A stretch of 64,000 nt of DNA from Candidatus Omnitrophota bacterium (GCA_043817155.1 JBDRHE010000085.1:1464-65463), one strand, 5' to 3'. Positions 50,431-60,210 are shown, counted from the first letter of the stretch. The notes: generated from the letters alone by a model not told the origin. A program made the numbers and translations.

Positions 50431-53256
50431 TTATGAAATAACCTTTAAGAACATATCCACGATCTGCGGGTCATACTTTGTACCGGACTCTTCCTTCAAT
50501 ATCTCAATGGCCCTCTCCTTGCTAAATGCTTTGCGATAGGGACGATCCGATGTTAACGCCTGGTAGGCATCGGCAATTGCTATTATCCTGGCGCCGATCG
50601 GTATATCTTCACCCTTTAGACCATTCGGATAGCCTTTCCCGTCCCACCTTTCATGGTGATCCAGGATAAGCGGAATTACGTCATGCAGATACCGAATAGG
50701 GCGTATGATATCCACGCCGATCTGCGGATGTCTCTTTATCTCTTCAAACTCTTCCGCTGTAAGGCTCGACCTCTTATTTAGGACGCTCTGTCTTATGCCT
50801 ACCTTTCCCAGATCATGCAATATGGAGGCCTTCTTGATCCGATCCACATCCTCCGTTGACAAGCGCATTATTTCGGCAAGCTCTGTAGCGTAGCGTACGG
50901 TTCTTTCTACATGGTCTCCCGTTTCAGGGTCGCTAACCTCTATGGTTCTGGCAAACGCGAAGATAGCTTCCATAAGGTTCTGGTTGGATTTCGTATTTAA
51001 TTTTTCTATCTTATTTTTCAAAAAGTCGGTATTGACATTTTCGGATGTTTCCGTTGTCGCCGCCTTCCTCTCCTTCGCATCTACAGATGTAAATACGTTA
51101 TTGCCCCCAAATTCCTTCGATTTACTAAGGATCTTATCAGCAAATGTAACAAGGTCCATAGCCTTAGAGATCGGATCCTCCGGGTATGAGCAAACAGCAA
51201 TGCTTATCTTAAGTTTAACACTGTATTCCCTATTCCCGAAATTGTATAAGTGTAGTGCATCCAGGAGCTTGCGGGCCAGGATCTTCTCACCGTTAAGATC
51301 TGTCCTCGGGGATATAACAAGAAACTCTTCCCCCCCGGAGCGAATGACAATATCATTACGCCTGACCAAGTTCTTTAGCTGGGATGCAAATTGTTTTAAT
51401 GCAAGATCCCCGAACTGGTGTCCATAAACGTCGTTTATCGATTTGAAATAATCCAGATCCACCATCAAGATCGATAAGGGGTAACCGTATCTCTTGGCGC
51501 GGTAGAACTCAGTTTCTATGACCGTTGTAAGATATCTGTAGTTAAATAGTCCTGTATGCGAATCTATTAAGACCAGCTGCTCGAGCTTCTTGTTAGACTT
51601 TAAGAGGTTCCTATTGGAGATCGCAAGTTTATTCTTCGTCTCTGTAAGTTCGCTTATATCCATAACAGAGATAAGGATCCGCGACCAGTCCTTCTCGTAC
51701 CCCGGCATTACACTGGCCTTAAGGTTGACTTTAAGCTTCTTGCCGCCTAAAGTCTTAGTGTAACAGTCGAATGCAAATCTTGTCTTGCCGTTCGCCAGGC
51801 TTATAAGCTCCTCCCTGAAAGCGTGGTACGATTCTTTAGTAAATATACGTGTTAATCCTCCCCAAAATTCCTTCTTGTCCTTTGCCTTGTAAAGATCCAG
51901 CGTTGCCTTGTTTACCTCTAATATCTTAACCATGGTCGCGCAGTCCGCGACATCTTCAGGATGTTCCTTAAAGTACTTTTCGAAATCGTCAACGCCACTA
52001 TCGCTTAATTTCGTAATGAACTTCTTGACATTTGAAAGGTCCTCCTCCCACAAGGAGACCGGAGAATTCTCAAATAGCGCCCTGAAACGCTTCTCACTTG
52101 TAAACAACCTCTCCTGCGCTTTTTTCCGTTCATATATATTACGAGCGGAGGCACAGTTGAATTCGTTTCCCTGTAGCTCCAGGTAATTCAATGATATCTC
52201 TACAGGAAATGACTCTCCTTCTTTAGTGCGATAAGTGGACTCGATGGTAAAAGACTTCTTGCGCTTGAGTTCCTTCCAGTGGCCCGGCCATACTTTCTTT
52301 GGGAATTCGGTATCGATATCGTGCACAGTCATGGAAAGCAGCTCGTCCGGAGTATAGCCTAAAGCATTGCACGCATTCTCATTTACGTATTTGAAGCGTC
52401 CATTCCGATCGATCAGAAATATCGACTCGGCAGCTTTGTCAACCAGATACTTTGAAAGCCTAAGCTCCCCTTCAGCGCTCTTACGCTCAGTAATATCCCT
52501 GAGGATAACTTGCATGACGGTCCTTCCACCGATATCAGCTACCGACGATGATATTTGGACGGGTTTAATCGTTCGGGTTTTTGTTATTATCTCAGCCTCA
52601 ACATCGCTTACCCCACCATTTTTCACCAGCTTTTTAAATAACTTGAGCTGCATATCTCTTGTTTTTGGAGGAAAGAGGACCGATTGATGCTTCCCTATTA
52701 TATGCCTCCGATTGCGTTCGAAAAGCTTTTCGGCTGCCAGGTTGCAATTGACCAGAGAGTGCGTACTGCCATCAACCCAGAAGATCGCATCCTTGGCATT
52801 TTCAAATATTGAGCGAAAACCCTCTTCACTCTTCAGCAGAGACTCCTCTGCGATCCTCCGATCGCTTATGTCTTCGCCTGAGCTAAGCGTGCCGATGATC
52901 ACATTCTTATCATCTCTTAAGACCTCGTTATGCCATGAGATCAATCTAAGCTTGCCCTTCTTCGCTACAACGGGATTAACGTAATACTCAAGAGCCTTGG
53001 TCTTTCCCGCCATCAAACCATTGAACGCCGCCTTTACCTGGTTCTTTATGCTTGCCGGAATGAAGTTGGCAAACCAGCCCTTATTAATGATCTCCTCTTT
53101 CCTGCGTCCCAGGATCTCGCAGCCCTTCCTATTAATGAGGGTAACATTGCCTTTATTGTTGAGAACGACTATCATCACACCGGCAACATCCAGATATTTC
53201 TGCGCCATATCCCTCTCACTATACAGTTGCGTGATGTCTAATATTTTATTATTCAT
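50431..53256 (-). CDS. Multi-PAS GGDEF / HD-GYP c-di-GMP enzyme
   Basis: About four PAS repeats, RRND I-site and GGEEF, LHDLGK and HHERWDGKGYP. Confidence 0.93.
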   Translation of the reverse strand: MNNKILDITQLYSERDMAQKYLDVAGVMIVVLNNKGNVTLINRKGCEILGRRKEEIINKGWFANFIPASIKNQVKAAFNGLMAGKTKALEYYVNPVVAKKGKLRLISWHNEVLRDDKNVIIGTLSSGEDISDRRIAEESLLKSEEGFRSIFENAKDAIFWVDGSTHSLVNCNLAAEKLFERNRRHIIGKHQSVLFPPKTRDMQLKLFKKLVKNGGVSDVEAEIITKTRTIKPVQISSSVADIGGRTVMQVILRDITERKSAEGELRLSKYLVDKAAESIFLIDRNGRFKYVNENACNALGYTPDELLSMTVHDIDTEFPKKVWPGHWKELKRKKSFTIESTYRTKEGESFPVEISLNYLELQGNEFNCASARNIYERKKAQERLFTSEKRFRALFENSPVSLWEEDLSNVKKFITKLSDSGVDDFEKYFKEHPEDVADCATMVKILEVNKATLDLYKAKDKKEFWGGLTRIFTKESYHAFREELISLANGKTRFAFDCYTKTLGGKKLKVNLKASVMPGYEKDWSRILISVMDISELTETKNKLAISNRNLLKSNKKLEQLVLIDSHTGLFNYRYLTTVIETEFYRAKRYGYPLSILMVDLDYFKSINDVYGHQFGDLALKQFASQLKNLVRRNDIVIRSGGEEFLVISPRTDLNGEKILARKLLDALHLYNFGNREYSVKLKISIAVCSYPEDPISKAMDLVTFADKILSKSKEFGGNNVFTSVDAKERKAATTETSENVNTDFLKNKIEKLNTKSNQNLMEAIFAFARTIEVSDPETGDHVERTVRYATELAEIMRLSTEDVDRIKKASILHDLGKVGIRQSVLNKRSSLTAEEFEEIKRHPQIGVDIIRPIRYLHDVIPLILDHHERWDGKGYPNGLKGEDIPIGARIIAIADAYQALTSDRPYRKAFSKERAIEILKEESGTKYDPQIVDMFLKVIS

Positions 53257-53389
53257 TTTTTCTTTCTAAATAACTCCCGTTTTCAAAAAAACACCTTGAT
53301 TTATTTTAACATGCAAACAAAAGGAATCCTACAACTATTTGACAATTATTACACTGACTTTATACAGTTTATCAGCTTTGATTGCACAT

Positions 53390-53548
53390 CCGCCTGCCAT
53401 TGCGAGTACGGGCGGGCAGGCCCGCCTGCCATTGCGAGTACGGGCGGGCAGGCCCGCCTGCCATTGCTAATACGGGCGGGCAGGCCCGCCTGCCATTGCT
53501 AATACGGGCGGGCAGGCCCGCCTGCCATTGCTAATACGGGCGGGCAGG
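53390..53548. repeat. Five tandem 32-bp palindromic units
   Basis: ccgcctgccattgc(gag/taa)tacgggcgggcaggc x5, no spacers. Confidence 0.92.
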
Positions 53549-53575
53549 GATTTTGTGAAGCGGATATTACTTTGA

Positions 53576-53995
53576 TTACTCTCCGATAATTTTTACAAGT
53601 ACGCGCTTACGCCGGCGTCCATCGAATTCACCGTAAAAGATCTGTTCCCACGGTCCAAGATCCAATCTCCCTTTAGTTATAGCGACAACTACTTCTCTCC
53701 CCATAATAGTTCGCTTCAAATGAGCGTCAGCGTTATCTTCCCCTGTAAGGTTGTGTTTATATTGGGATATGGGCGCGTGAGGGGCGAGTCTCTCGAGCCA
53801 TTTATCGAAATCGCTATGTAGCCCATCTTCGTTATCGTTGATGAAACATGAGCTCGTAATATGCATAGCATTTACAAGGCAGAGGCCCTCTTTTATGCCG
53901 CTTTTTGTGATAATTTCCTGGACGTCGTGGGTTATATTTATGAATTCGCGCTCGTTCTTAGTGTTAAACCAGAGATAGTCGGTGTGGGTTTTCAT
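53576..53995 (-). CDS. yjbQ: YjbQ/UPF0047 family protein
   Basis: [33 protein letters not shown]. Confidence 0.93.
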   Translation of the reverse strand: MKTHTDYLWFNTKNEREFINITHDVQEIITKSGIKEGLCLVNAMHITSSCFINDNEDGLHSDFDKWLERLAPHAPISQYKHNLTGEDNADAHLKRTIMGREVVVAITKGRLDLGPWEQIFYGEFDGRRRKRVLVKIIGE

Positions 53996-54011
53996 TATTT
54001 AAAATGCTCCT

Positions 54012-54530
54012 TTACTTTATGGGACGGAGGTATATCTTTATGTGTTCCGCAGGAAAAATATATGTCCAGAACCTCTCGTATAACATTGGGAATTTATTGA
54101 ATAATTTATGCAATAATACTGCTCTAAAAAGTTTATGGAAAGTTATTTCTTTTCTGAGCAGTTTAAATTTTTTTGCAGTAATCCATTTTGTTATGCCGCC
54201 TTCAAAATATCCGTCAAACGCAAAGTAGTTAAACCTTAATTTATGCTCCGGAGCATTCGCGCACCACGAAGTATGGTGGGGCACCTCTATATATATTATT
54301 CCGGCCATGCTGCAGATTCTATGAAGCTCGGGCAAAATGGAATGCAGGTCGTTAAGGTGTTCTAAAACATGGTGGCAGATGATCTCTTCAAATTGATTGT
54401 CCTTGAAAGGTAATGGCGTTATGTTTAAATCATGAACAATGTCTGGCTTATGTTCCGGGTTAATGTCTAAGGTTATCGCGTCTGTATGTTCATTGCCGGC
54501 GCTTCCCAGTATAAGTTTTTTCATCTCCAT
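54012..54530 (-). CDS. Class I SAM-dependent methyltransferase-like protein
   Basis: LGSAG, PLPFKDNQF, HVLEH, EVP. Confidence 0.8.
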   Translation of the reverse strand: MEMKKLILGSAGNEHTDAITLDINPEHKPDIVHDLNITPLPFKDNQFEEIICHHVLEHLNDLHSILPELHRICSMAGIIYIEVPHHTSWCANAPEHKLRFNYFAFDGYFEGGITKWITAKKFKLLRKEITFHKLFRAVLLHKLFNKFPMLYERFWTYIFPAEHIKIYLRPIK

Positions 54531-54601
54531 GTCATCTTTTTTTCTAAACCTTCCTTTTATATTAGAAAAATAAAGTCATCCGAGTCAGCATTTAACCCAA
54601 T

Positions 54602-54762
54602 GTGTTTGTAAAGACGCTCGCCGTTATGCGCATAGCGCTTACCAGACACAGCCCCTATTTTATACCGTTCTTCTCTAAGCATTCCCCGGCCTTCCCTGTG
54701 ATGTTTATGAATTCTCTCCTTTCCGGCGCGTTAAACCATAAGTGCTTTGTATGCGATCTCAT
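54602..54762 (-). pseudogene. yjbQ: 5' fragment of a second yjbQ with stop/frameshift
   Basis: MRSHTKHLWFN..RREFINIT..NGIK* then GLCLVSAMRITASVF in a shifted frame. Confidence 0.8.
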
Positions 54763-54778
54763 ACCTGCCCGTTCCTTA

Positions 54779-55108
54779 CTATAACTCTCCCCTACCTTTG
54801 GAATCCCTTAATTCAAGATAAAGCGCTGACATAAATAAAATAAATCCAAGAGTAAACCCGACCATATCTTCCAGGAAATCCTGGATCCAGTAGAATCTCT
54901 CATCGATCGGCAATCTTCTCAAGACTTCCAGTTCGTCTATAAAATCCATAAAGTGCCCAAAAAAGAGCAGGACAAGGCCGCCTGTGAGCAGATAAAAGTA
55001 CTTTAAATTGAGGTTCCTCCGCCGGGCTATAACATAAACAAGCGGAATAAGGTAAACGAGTGCCTTCAGCCCATCCTGAAAATACCCGCTCTTCAAAATT
55101 GATATCAT
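54779..55108 (-). CDS. Small membrane protein (3 TM)
   Basis: Three hydrophobic segments. Confidence 0.7.
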   Translation of the reverse strand: MISILKSGYFQDGLKALVYLIPLVYVIARRRNLNLKYFYLLTGGLVLLFFGHFMDFIDELEVLRRLPIDERFYWIQDFLEDMVGFTLGFILFMSALYLELRDSKGRGEL

Positions 55109-55163
55109 CTATGCCCTCGTTGAAGCTCTACGAACTTAAATCCGAAGATTTTTTTTCGCCTAG

Positions 55164-55757
55164 CTACGCTGAAACCTCGCCTTCGTCCGCCGCCGTAGGC
55201 GATGGACGAAGGCGGGATAAGATATTAAATCGTATTGCAAGAAGTACTATTATGCCGCTTGCGCCGTTAATAAAGACATCGTGCCAGGTAAATACCCTGT
55301 TCGGAAGAAACCACTGTATGATCTCGTCGACAGCTCCGGTTAATAAACATATTGCGGAGCCGATCGCGTAAAGTTTCATCTTGAACCTGTCAAGATCGAC
55401 CTTAAGCGCATTATACAGTATAAGCCCCGACAACCCGTACTGCGCCATGTGTATCTTCTCGCCGGGATTCTTTTCGAATTCTACCATGATAAAGAAAATC
55501 CCTGCGAAGAATAATAGAAGAAGATACTTCAGTATAGATTCTTCCCGTTTTATAAATAAGACATAAAACAATATACCGATGCCAAATAAAGAATATATGG
55601 TGTACTGCAACAAAAGGCCCCTACCGCCCAAAGATCTGTTTACGGTATTCCATACAGACGGCATTAGTCCCAGAGTAGAATAATTAAGTAGCGCGTAGAC
55701 CCCGAACAGCGCCCACCACAGTCTCCTAGCACTCATATCCATATGCTGAAGTTCCAT
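55164..55757 (-). CDS. VanZ family membrane protein
   Basis: EKIHMAQY, GAVDEIIQWFLPNR..DVFIN. Confidence 0.85.
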   Translation of the reverse strand: MELQHMDMSARRLWWALFGVYALLNYSTLGLMPSVWNTVNRSLGGRGLLLQYTIYSLFGIGILFYVLFIKREESILKYLLLLFFAGIFFIMVEFEKNPGEKIHMAQYGLSGLILYNALKVDLDRFKMKLYAIGSAICLLTGAVDEIIQWFLPNRVFTWHDVFINGASGIIVLLAIRFNILSRLRPSPTAADEGEVSA

Positions 55758-55930
55758 AAACTTATGCTTCCAGATTTTTTCTTTTCATTTCAGTCGAGCA
55801 CCCCACCATTACTTTTGCGTGGTGGGATTCTGTCGCATGATTGTGCCCGCGTGAAAAGCCGCGCCGAAGCGTATTGGTATCGCTATTTGTCCCCGTCATG
55901 CAAACGAACTGCGTCCAACGCGAAGGCGGG

Positions 55931-56203
55931 TCAAATCCGCCTATATGAGCAGTTGACCCTGCAAAGAGAACGAGTCGCGATCTCGTTTATAGGCACGCAG
56001 TTGAAGATATTGCCTCCCACGGTTCTCCTGGGTCCCAGCCGATCCTCATATGTCACGCAGTAGTATTTAGAATCCTCGCCCAAAGCAAGATTGACGCATG
56101 GATCGCCGTCCAGCGAACCACAGCACTCTCCGCAGCGTTTGCACAAGCCTTCATTCCTATCTTGCTCCTTCCGCAGGTGTTCTTCGTATCTCGATCTATC
56201 CAT
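55931..56203 (-). CDS. CxxCxxCC (YkgJ-like) metal-binding protein
   Basis: CKRCGECC, PC..L..C.TYEDR. Confidence 0.8.
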   Translation of the reverse strand: MDRSRYEEHLRKEQDRNEGLCKRCGECCGSLDGDPCVNLALGEDSKYYCVTYEDRLGPRRTVGGNIFNCVPINEIATRSLCRVNCSYRRI

Positions 56204-56350
56204 ATATCCTCGTCCTCTTGCCCACTAAACCATTTTAATACATACTTATATAGAGTCAATTAAATTTCTTCTAAATTTTCAGCGCTTTTGCAATACTTTC
56301 ATTATTGCGATTAGGTCTTAAGCCACCGAAGAGCGAGAGATGCATAATTC

Positions 56351-56477
56351 GTCTTTGCGAGGTGCCGTAAAAAGCTAGCGCACCGAAGCAATCTCAAGCT
56401 AGCTCGATGAGATTGCCTGCCTAGCGGCAAGGCCGCTGGCTTCGGCACGCTCGATTATTCCGGTGCCTCGCAAAGAC
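56351..56477. repeat. GTC.TTGCGAG / CGAAGCAATCTC-type REP-like palindrome with a 24-bp nested insert
   Basis: gtctttgcgagg / cctcgcaaagac ends; ccgaagcaatctc pairs with gagattgc[insert]ttcgg. Confidence 0.8.
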
Positions 56478-56580
56478 GAGAAAAGATGAACGGAGCCCCT
56501 CTCTTCAGATATTATGATTGTTTTCCACTTTTATCCATTGTGCCCTTGATTTTTTCGGAAAAATAGGGTATATTATATTT

Positions 56581-56702
56581 AGGATGACAACGGCTTAAAT
56601 GACCAGTTATCTGGTCCTTAAATAAATAAAAGTGCTGTTGCCATCCGTGCAATAATAAAGATCATACCAACACCTACGTAATTAAAACGTAGGTGTTCTT
56701 TT
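56581..56702 (+). ncRNA. Candidate stand-alone small RNA
   Basis: TTGATT-17-TATATT promoter, 13-bp stem with inner hairpin, 11-bp terminator; no downstream + strand gene. Confidence 0.45.
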
Positions 56703-56842
56703 ATCCGCCAGACCAAATTATTCAACATCAAGTACCACGCTTCGTTTCGGATGATAATCCGGAGCATCTAATCTGAAAAGCCTTCTCCATCGCCAACGAC
56801 GGTACATAAAGGCAATGCGCATATATGCTCGCTTACTTATGC

Positions 56843-57718
56843 TCAGGCAAATGCCAGTAAGAGCACGCCGCACACCATTACAGAGGCGCCCAAAAGTCGG
56901 TAGCGGATTTTTTCCTCTTTAAAGATTATTGCCCCATAAAAAACGCTCATCATAAGGCTCAACCTCTTTACCGAGATCATATATGCTACATTGGTAAGCA
57001 ATACAGCATGAAAATGTAAAAGCACCGCCGTGGTAAAGCTCGCGCCTAGAGCTCCAAATAGCACAATGTCCTTTTTAGTGATTCGCTCTGCTTTCTCGGG
57101 ATTCTTCCTTCTGGCAAAGGTTATGACTGAGAGAACCGAAAAGAATATGACATAGTAAACGGTTGCGAAGGAGAGAGGGCTGGACATCGCCACCACCCTC
57201 TTTCCCATGACCGCCGTGAGACTAAAGAGGAAAGCCACGATGATCATAAGAACGGAACCCTTCTGGCTGAAGATGCTTTTGAATGGTTCAAGGAACCCTT
57301 TGTGGATCGTATCTACATTCAGTAAGTACGCTCCAATGGAAACCGTGATGACCCCGGCAATGCCTTGAGCGCCAACTTTTTCTCCGAGCAGAATATATGA
57401 AGTTGCTATTGTGAAAGCCGGGGTAAGCCCAAGGAGCGGAAAGACCAGGGAAATCGGTGCCATTTTTAGCGCCTTCAGGTAAAGCAAGAACGCCATAACC
57501 TCTAGCGGCAAAAGCACCATTACCGTCTTCCAGAAAGAGGCGGTGAAATGCATATCCGGCCGTAAAATAAGATAGAGGATCATAACGAAAGGGAGGGAAA
57601 AAGCGAACCTGAGCCACCCTACAAAGAACAGCGCTCTCTTCTTTAGTAAGATCTTTGATAACGCGGCTGTCGTAGAGGTAAAGAAGGCGCAGCCCAGGGA
57701 GAGGAGAAACCAGTTCAT
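56843..57718 (-). CDS. EamA/DMT family transporter
   Basis: About 10 TM segments, two EamA repeats (LLGEK, IFKEE); start ATG 57718. Confidence 0.9.
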   Translation of the reverse strand: MNWFLLSLGCAFFTSTTAALSKILLKKRALFFVGWLRFAFSLPFVMILYLILRPDMHFTASFWKTVMVLLPLEVMAFLLYLKALKMAPISLVFPLLGLTPAFTIATSYILLGEKVGAQGIAGVITVSIGAYLLNVDTIHKGFLEPFKSIFSQKGSVLMIIVAFLFSLTAVMGKRVVAMSSPLSFATVYYVIFFSVLSVITFARRKNPEKAERITKKDIVLFGALGASFTTAVLLHFHAVLLTNVAYMISVKRLSLMMSVFYGAIIFKEEKIRYRLLGASVMVCGVLLLAFA

Positions 57719-57761
57719 CGATCGAAAGACCAATTCATAAACGCCCTGCCGTATAATAAAA

Positions 57762-58853
57762 TTATATTCGAAAGACGGAATCGAAATCGCCGTATGGGTT
57801 CTTTTCCTTTTCCGTATTTTCAGGATCCCAGAGCCAAAGTCCATCAGCCACAAACTTATATCTGTACCGGCCGGGCAAGAGGTATATGGACTTCTCCCAA
57901 TTGCCTTCTTCACTCCTTATAAGCTTGCTCGCAACATCGACCTTCCAATCATTAAAATCCCCGACAACATAGACGTCATTGGCCTTCGGGGCGAACAATT
58001 TAAAGATCTTCTCTTTTGAATAGACATTACCGTAAGCCCCATGCATTATCTTGCGCATCTCCTGATAGACGCTCTTAGCCGATTCCTCACTGTCGCGCAC
58101 AAGGAGCTCTTCTGCCATTGCCAGGTAATCATGAGCTGCCCTCGACTCAGCATACTCGGTAAATATCGACTGTGTCTTCTCCTGCGCTTGCCGCACGGCT
58201 GTATCGAAAGAGATCATCGCGGAAAAAAGTTTCTCTTTAAATATATACTTGATCTTAGCAAGCATCTTTATGGAAAAATCGGAATACTCATCGTACATAA
58301 CTACCAGGCCCCTTAAGTTGGGGGCGTGATGTAGCTTTATCTTGATGAGCTCGACCATGCTGATCAATTTCCCGACACCCATTATAGCGAATGCGCTCGT
58401 CTCTACGGGTATTATGATCTCGCCGGCTGCCCTGAGAGCATTAAAGGTCAAGAATCCCAGGTTAGGAGGGCAGTCGATAACAATATAGTTGTAGTCAGGG
58501 GCGCATCGCATAATAGCCCGTGAAAGTATTAAGAGACCGTCCTGCCTCTCTTTCAGATCCTGCTCTATGGTGCTGAGTATAATATGAGAAGGGACCAGAT
58601 CCAATCCCCTCTCCAGGTTTATGGATATATCGTCGATCTTCTTTATCTTCTCCGGATCGTTCGTAAATAATGTGACTATGGACTTGAATGGGTCGACCTT
58701 TAGAACCCCAAGCCCTATCGTGGCGTGCGATTGTGGATCGAGGTCTATGAGGAGAACGTTCTTGCCTTTCTTTGCCAGGGCAGCAGCGAGGCATGTAGCA
58801 GTGGTGGTCTTTCCACAACCACCTTTTTGATTAGCTATTGCGAATATCTTCAT
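57762..58853 (-). CDS. ParA/Soj-family ATPase fused to a C-terminal CBM48 (AMPK-beta-type glycogen-binding) domain
   Basis: NQKGGCGKTT, DLDPQ, IDCPP; C-terminal VYVVGDFNDW..GNW..LPGRYRYKFVADGLW..DP. Confidence 0.9.
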   Translation of the reverse strand: MKIFAIANQKGGCGKTTTATCLAAALAKKGKNVLLIDLDPQSHATIGLGVLKVDPFKSIVTLFTNDPEKIKKIDDISINLERGLDLVPSHIILSTIEQDLKERQDGLLILSRAIMRCAPDYNYIVIDCPPNLGFLTFNALRAAGEIIIPVETSAFAIMGVGKLISMVELIKIKLHHAPNLRGLVVMYDEYSDFSIKMLAKIKYIFKEKLFSAMISFDTAVRQAQEKTQSIFTEYAESRAAHDYLAMAEELLVRDSEESAKSVYQEMRKIMHGAYGNVYSKEKIFKLFAPKANDVYVVGDFNDWKVDVASKLIRSEEGNWEKSIYLLPGRYRYKFVADGLWLWDPENTEKEKNPYGDFDSVFRI

Positions 58854-59223
58854 ACTATAATCATATTATAATGATATATAGGCATATTGCAAGAGCGTGG
58901 GAACTAATAGTTCAAGTTTATAGCTGTATGTTGCCATTCAATAGTAGATCAACCATGTATCAATTGCATTTCGATTATTTTCAATCAATTTCAATGTATA
59001 TCAACCGTATATATCTTGCGCTAACAGCTTTAAGCTCTAAGCCTTAAGCTATAAGCCCTAACTTGAACTACATTGAAATACAATTGAAATAAATGGAAAT
59101 GCAATAGAAATACAATTGTATATCTACGTATATCAACCGCATTTCAAAGCATATCAATAAATAATCGTCCTACGTCTATCGTCCTTCGTAAGTTGGTTAT
59201 AAGATATGTGGGCTGTGTATAAA

Positions 59224-60024
59224 TCAGAGTTTGGAAGCGGCCCTGACGCCGTTTTCAAATATACCCAGACCATCAGAGGTTCTCTTGTCCGATCTAGTCC
59301 AGCGCGGATGCTGCGTATAGCAGATGTGCCTTTCGGGGTGCGGCATGAGACCAAATATCCTACCTGTCCTGTCGCATATGCCCGCAATATTATTAACCGA
59401 ACCGTTCGGGTTGTCCGGGTATTGCGGATCCTTTCCGGATCCGGTGCAATACTTAAATACGATCTGGCCGTTCTCCCTCAATTTTTGCAGCACCTTATCG
59501 TTCTTGGGAATGAACTTTCCCTCGGCGTGAGCAACAGGCAGATATATAATATCTTTCATACCTTTCGTCCATACGCAGCGCGATCCGCGCCCCTTATGGC
59601 GTGGGCTTCTCAGATATACCCAGCGATCCTCGAATTTTCCTGAATCGTTTATACTTAGAGTAACGTCTAGCTTGCCTAGCCCCGCCACCGGGTCCGGCAA
59701 TAGCCCCGACTTCGCAAGCACCTGGAAACCGTTACATATACCGATCATCAGTTTCCCGTCAGCTACAAAGTCTCCAACCTCACGGGATAGTTTAAATCTT
59801 ATTTCATTGGCAAGGATCTTCCCGCTTGCTATGTCATCCCCGTAAGTAAAACCACCAGGTAGCGCTAGAATGCTGTAATCATTCAGAAGGACTTTTCGAG
59901 ATATGATCTTGTTCACGTGAATAAGGTCGCATGACGCCCCGACCTTCTTGAATGCATACGCTGTCTCTACGTCACAATTCGTACCGGCGGTCCTTAAAAC
60001 TAAAACTTTAACTTTCTTAATCAT
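59224..60024 (-). CDS. purQ: FGAM synthase glutaminase subunit
   Basis: GTNCD, PGGFTYGD, GICNGFQ, MPHPER. Confidence 0.97.
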   Translation of the reverse strand: MIKKVKVLVLRTAGTNCDVETAYAFKKVGASCDLIHVNKIISRKVLLNDYSILALPGGFTYGDDIASGKILANEIRFKLSREVGDFVADGKLMIGICNGFQVLAKSGLLPDPVAGLGKLDVTLSINDSGKFEDRWVYLRSPRHKGRGSRCVWTKGMKDIIYLPVAHAEGKFIPKNDKVLQKLRENGQIVFKYCTGSGKDPQYPDNPNGSVNNIAGICDRTGRIFGLMPHPERHICYTQHPRWTRSDKRTSDGLGIFENGVRAASKL

Positions 60025-60142
60025 TTGTCAACTAAATGTTTGTCGTTTCCACCCAACTTTTGTCATTCCCTCTAACTTTGCCACATGGCATCATGAAACC
60101 CCTTTGAAGACTTTGAGTTCCGAAGCAATCTTATCACCCCTC

Positions 60143-60210
60143 TGTCATTCCCGCGCAAGCGGGAATCCATGGTGGGGCTCGTCTGGATCCCCGCTTTCGC
60201 GGGGATGACA
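60143..60210. repeat. GTCATTCCCGCG-type REP-like palindrome
   Basis: tgtcattcccgcgcaagcgggaatcca..tggatccccgctttcgcggggatgaca. Confidence 0.88.

Noticed and set aside
53390-53548. CRISPR array
   Set aside because: Repeats are contiguous with no unique spacers, and no cas genes are present.
57719-57913. N-terminal extension of the EamA ORF
   Set aside because: It overlaps the ParA-CBM 3' end in another frame; the hydrophobic protein starts at 57718.
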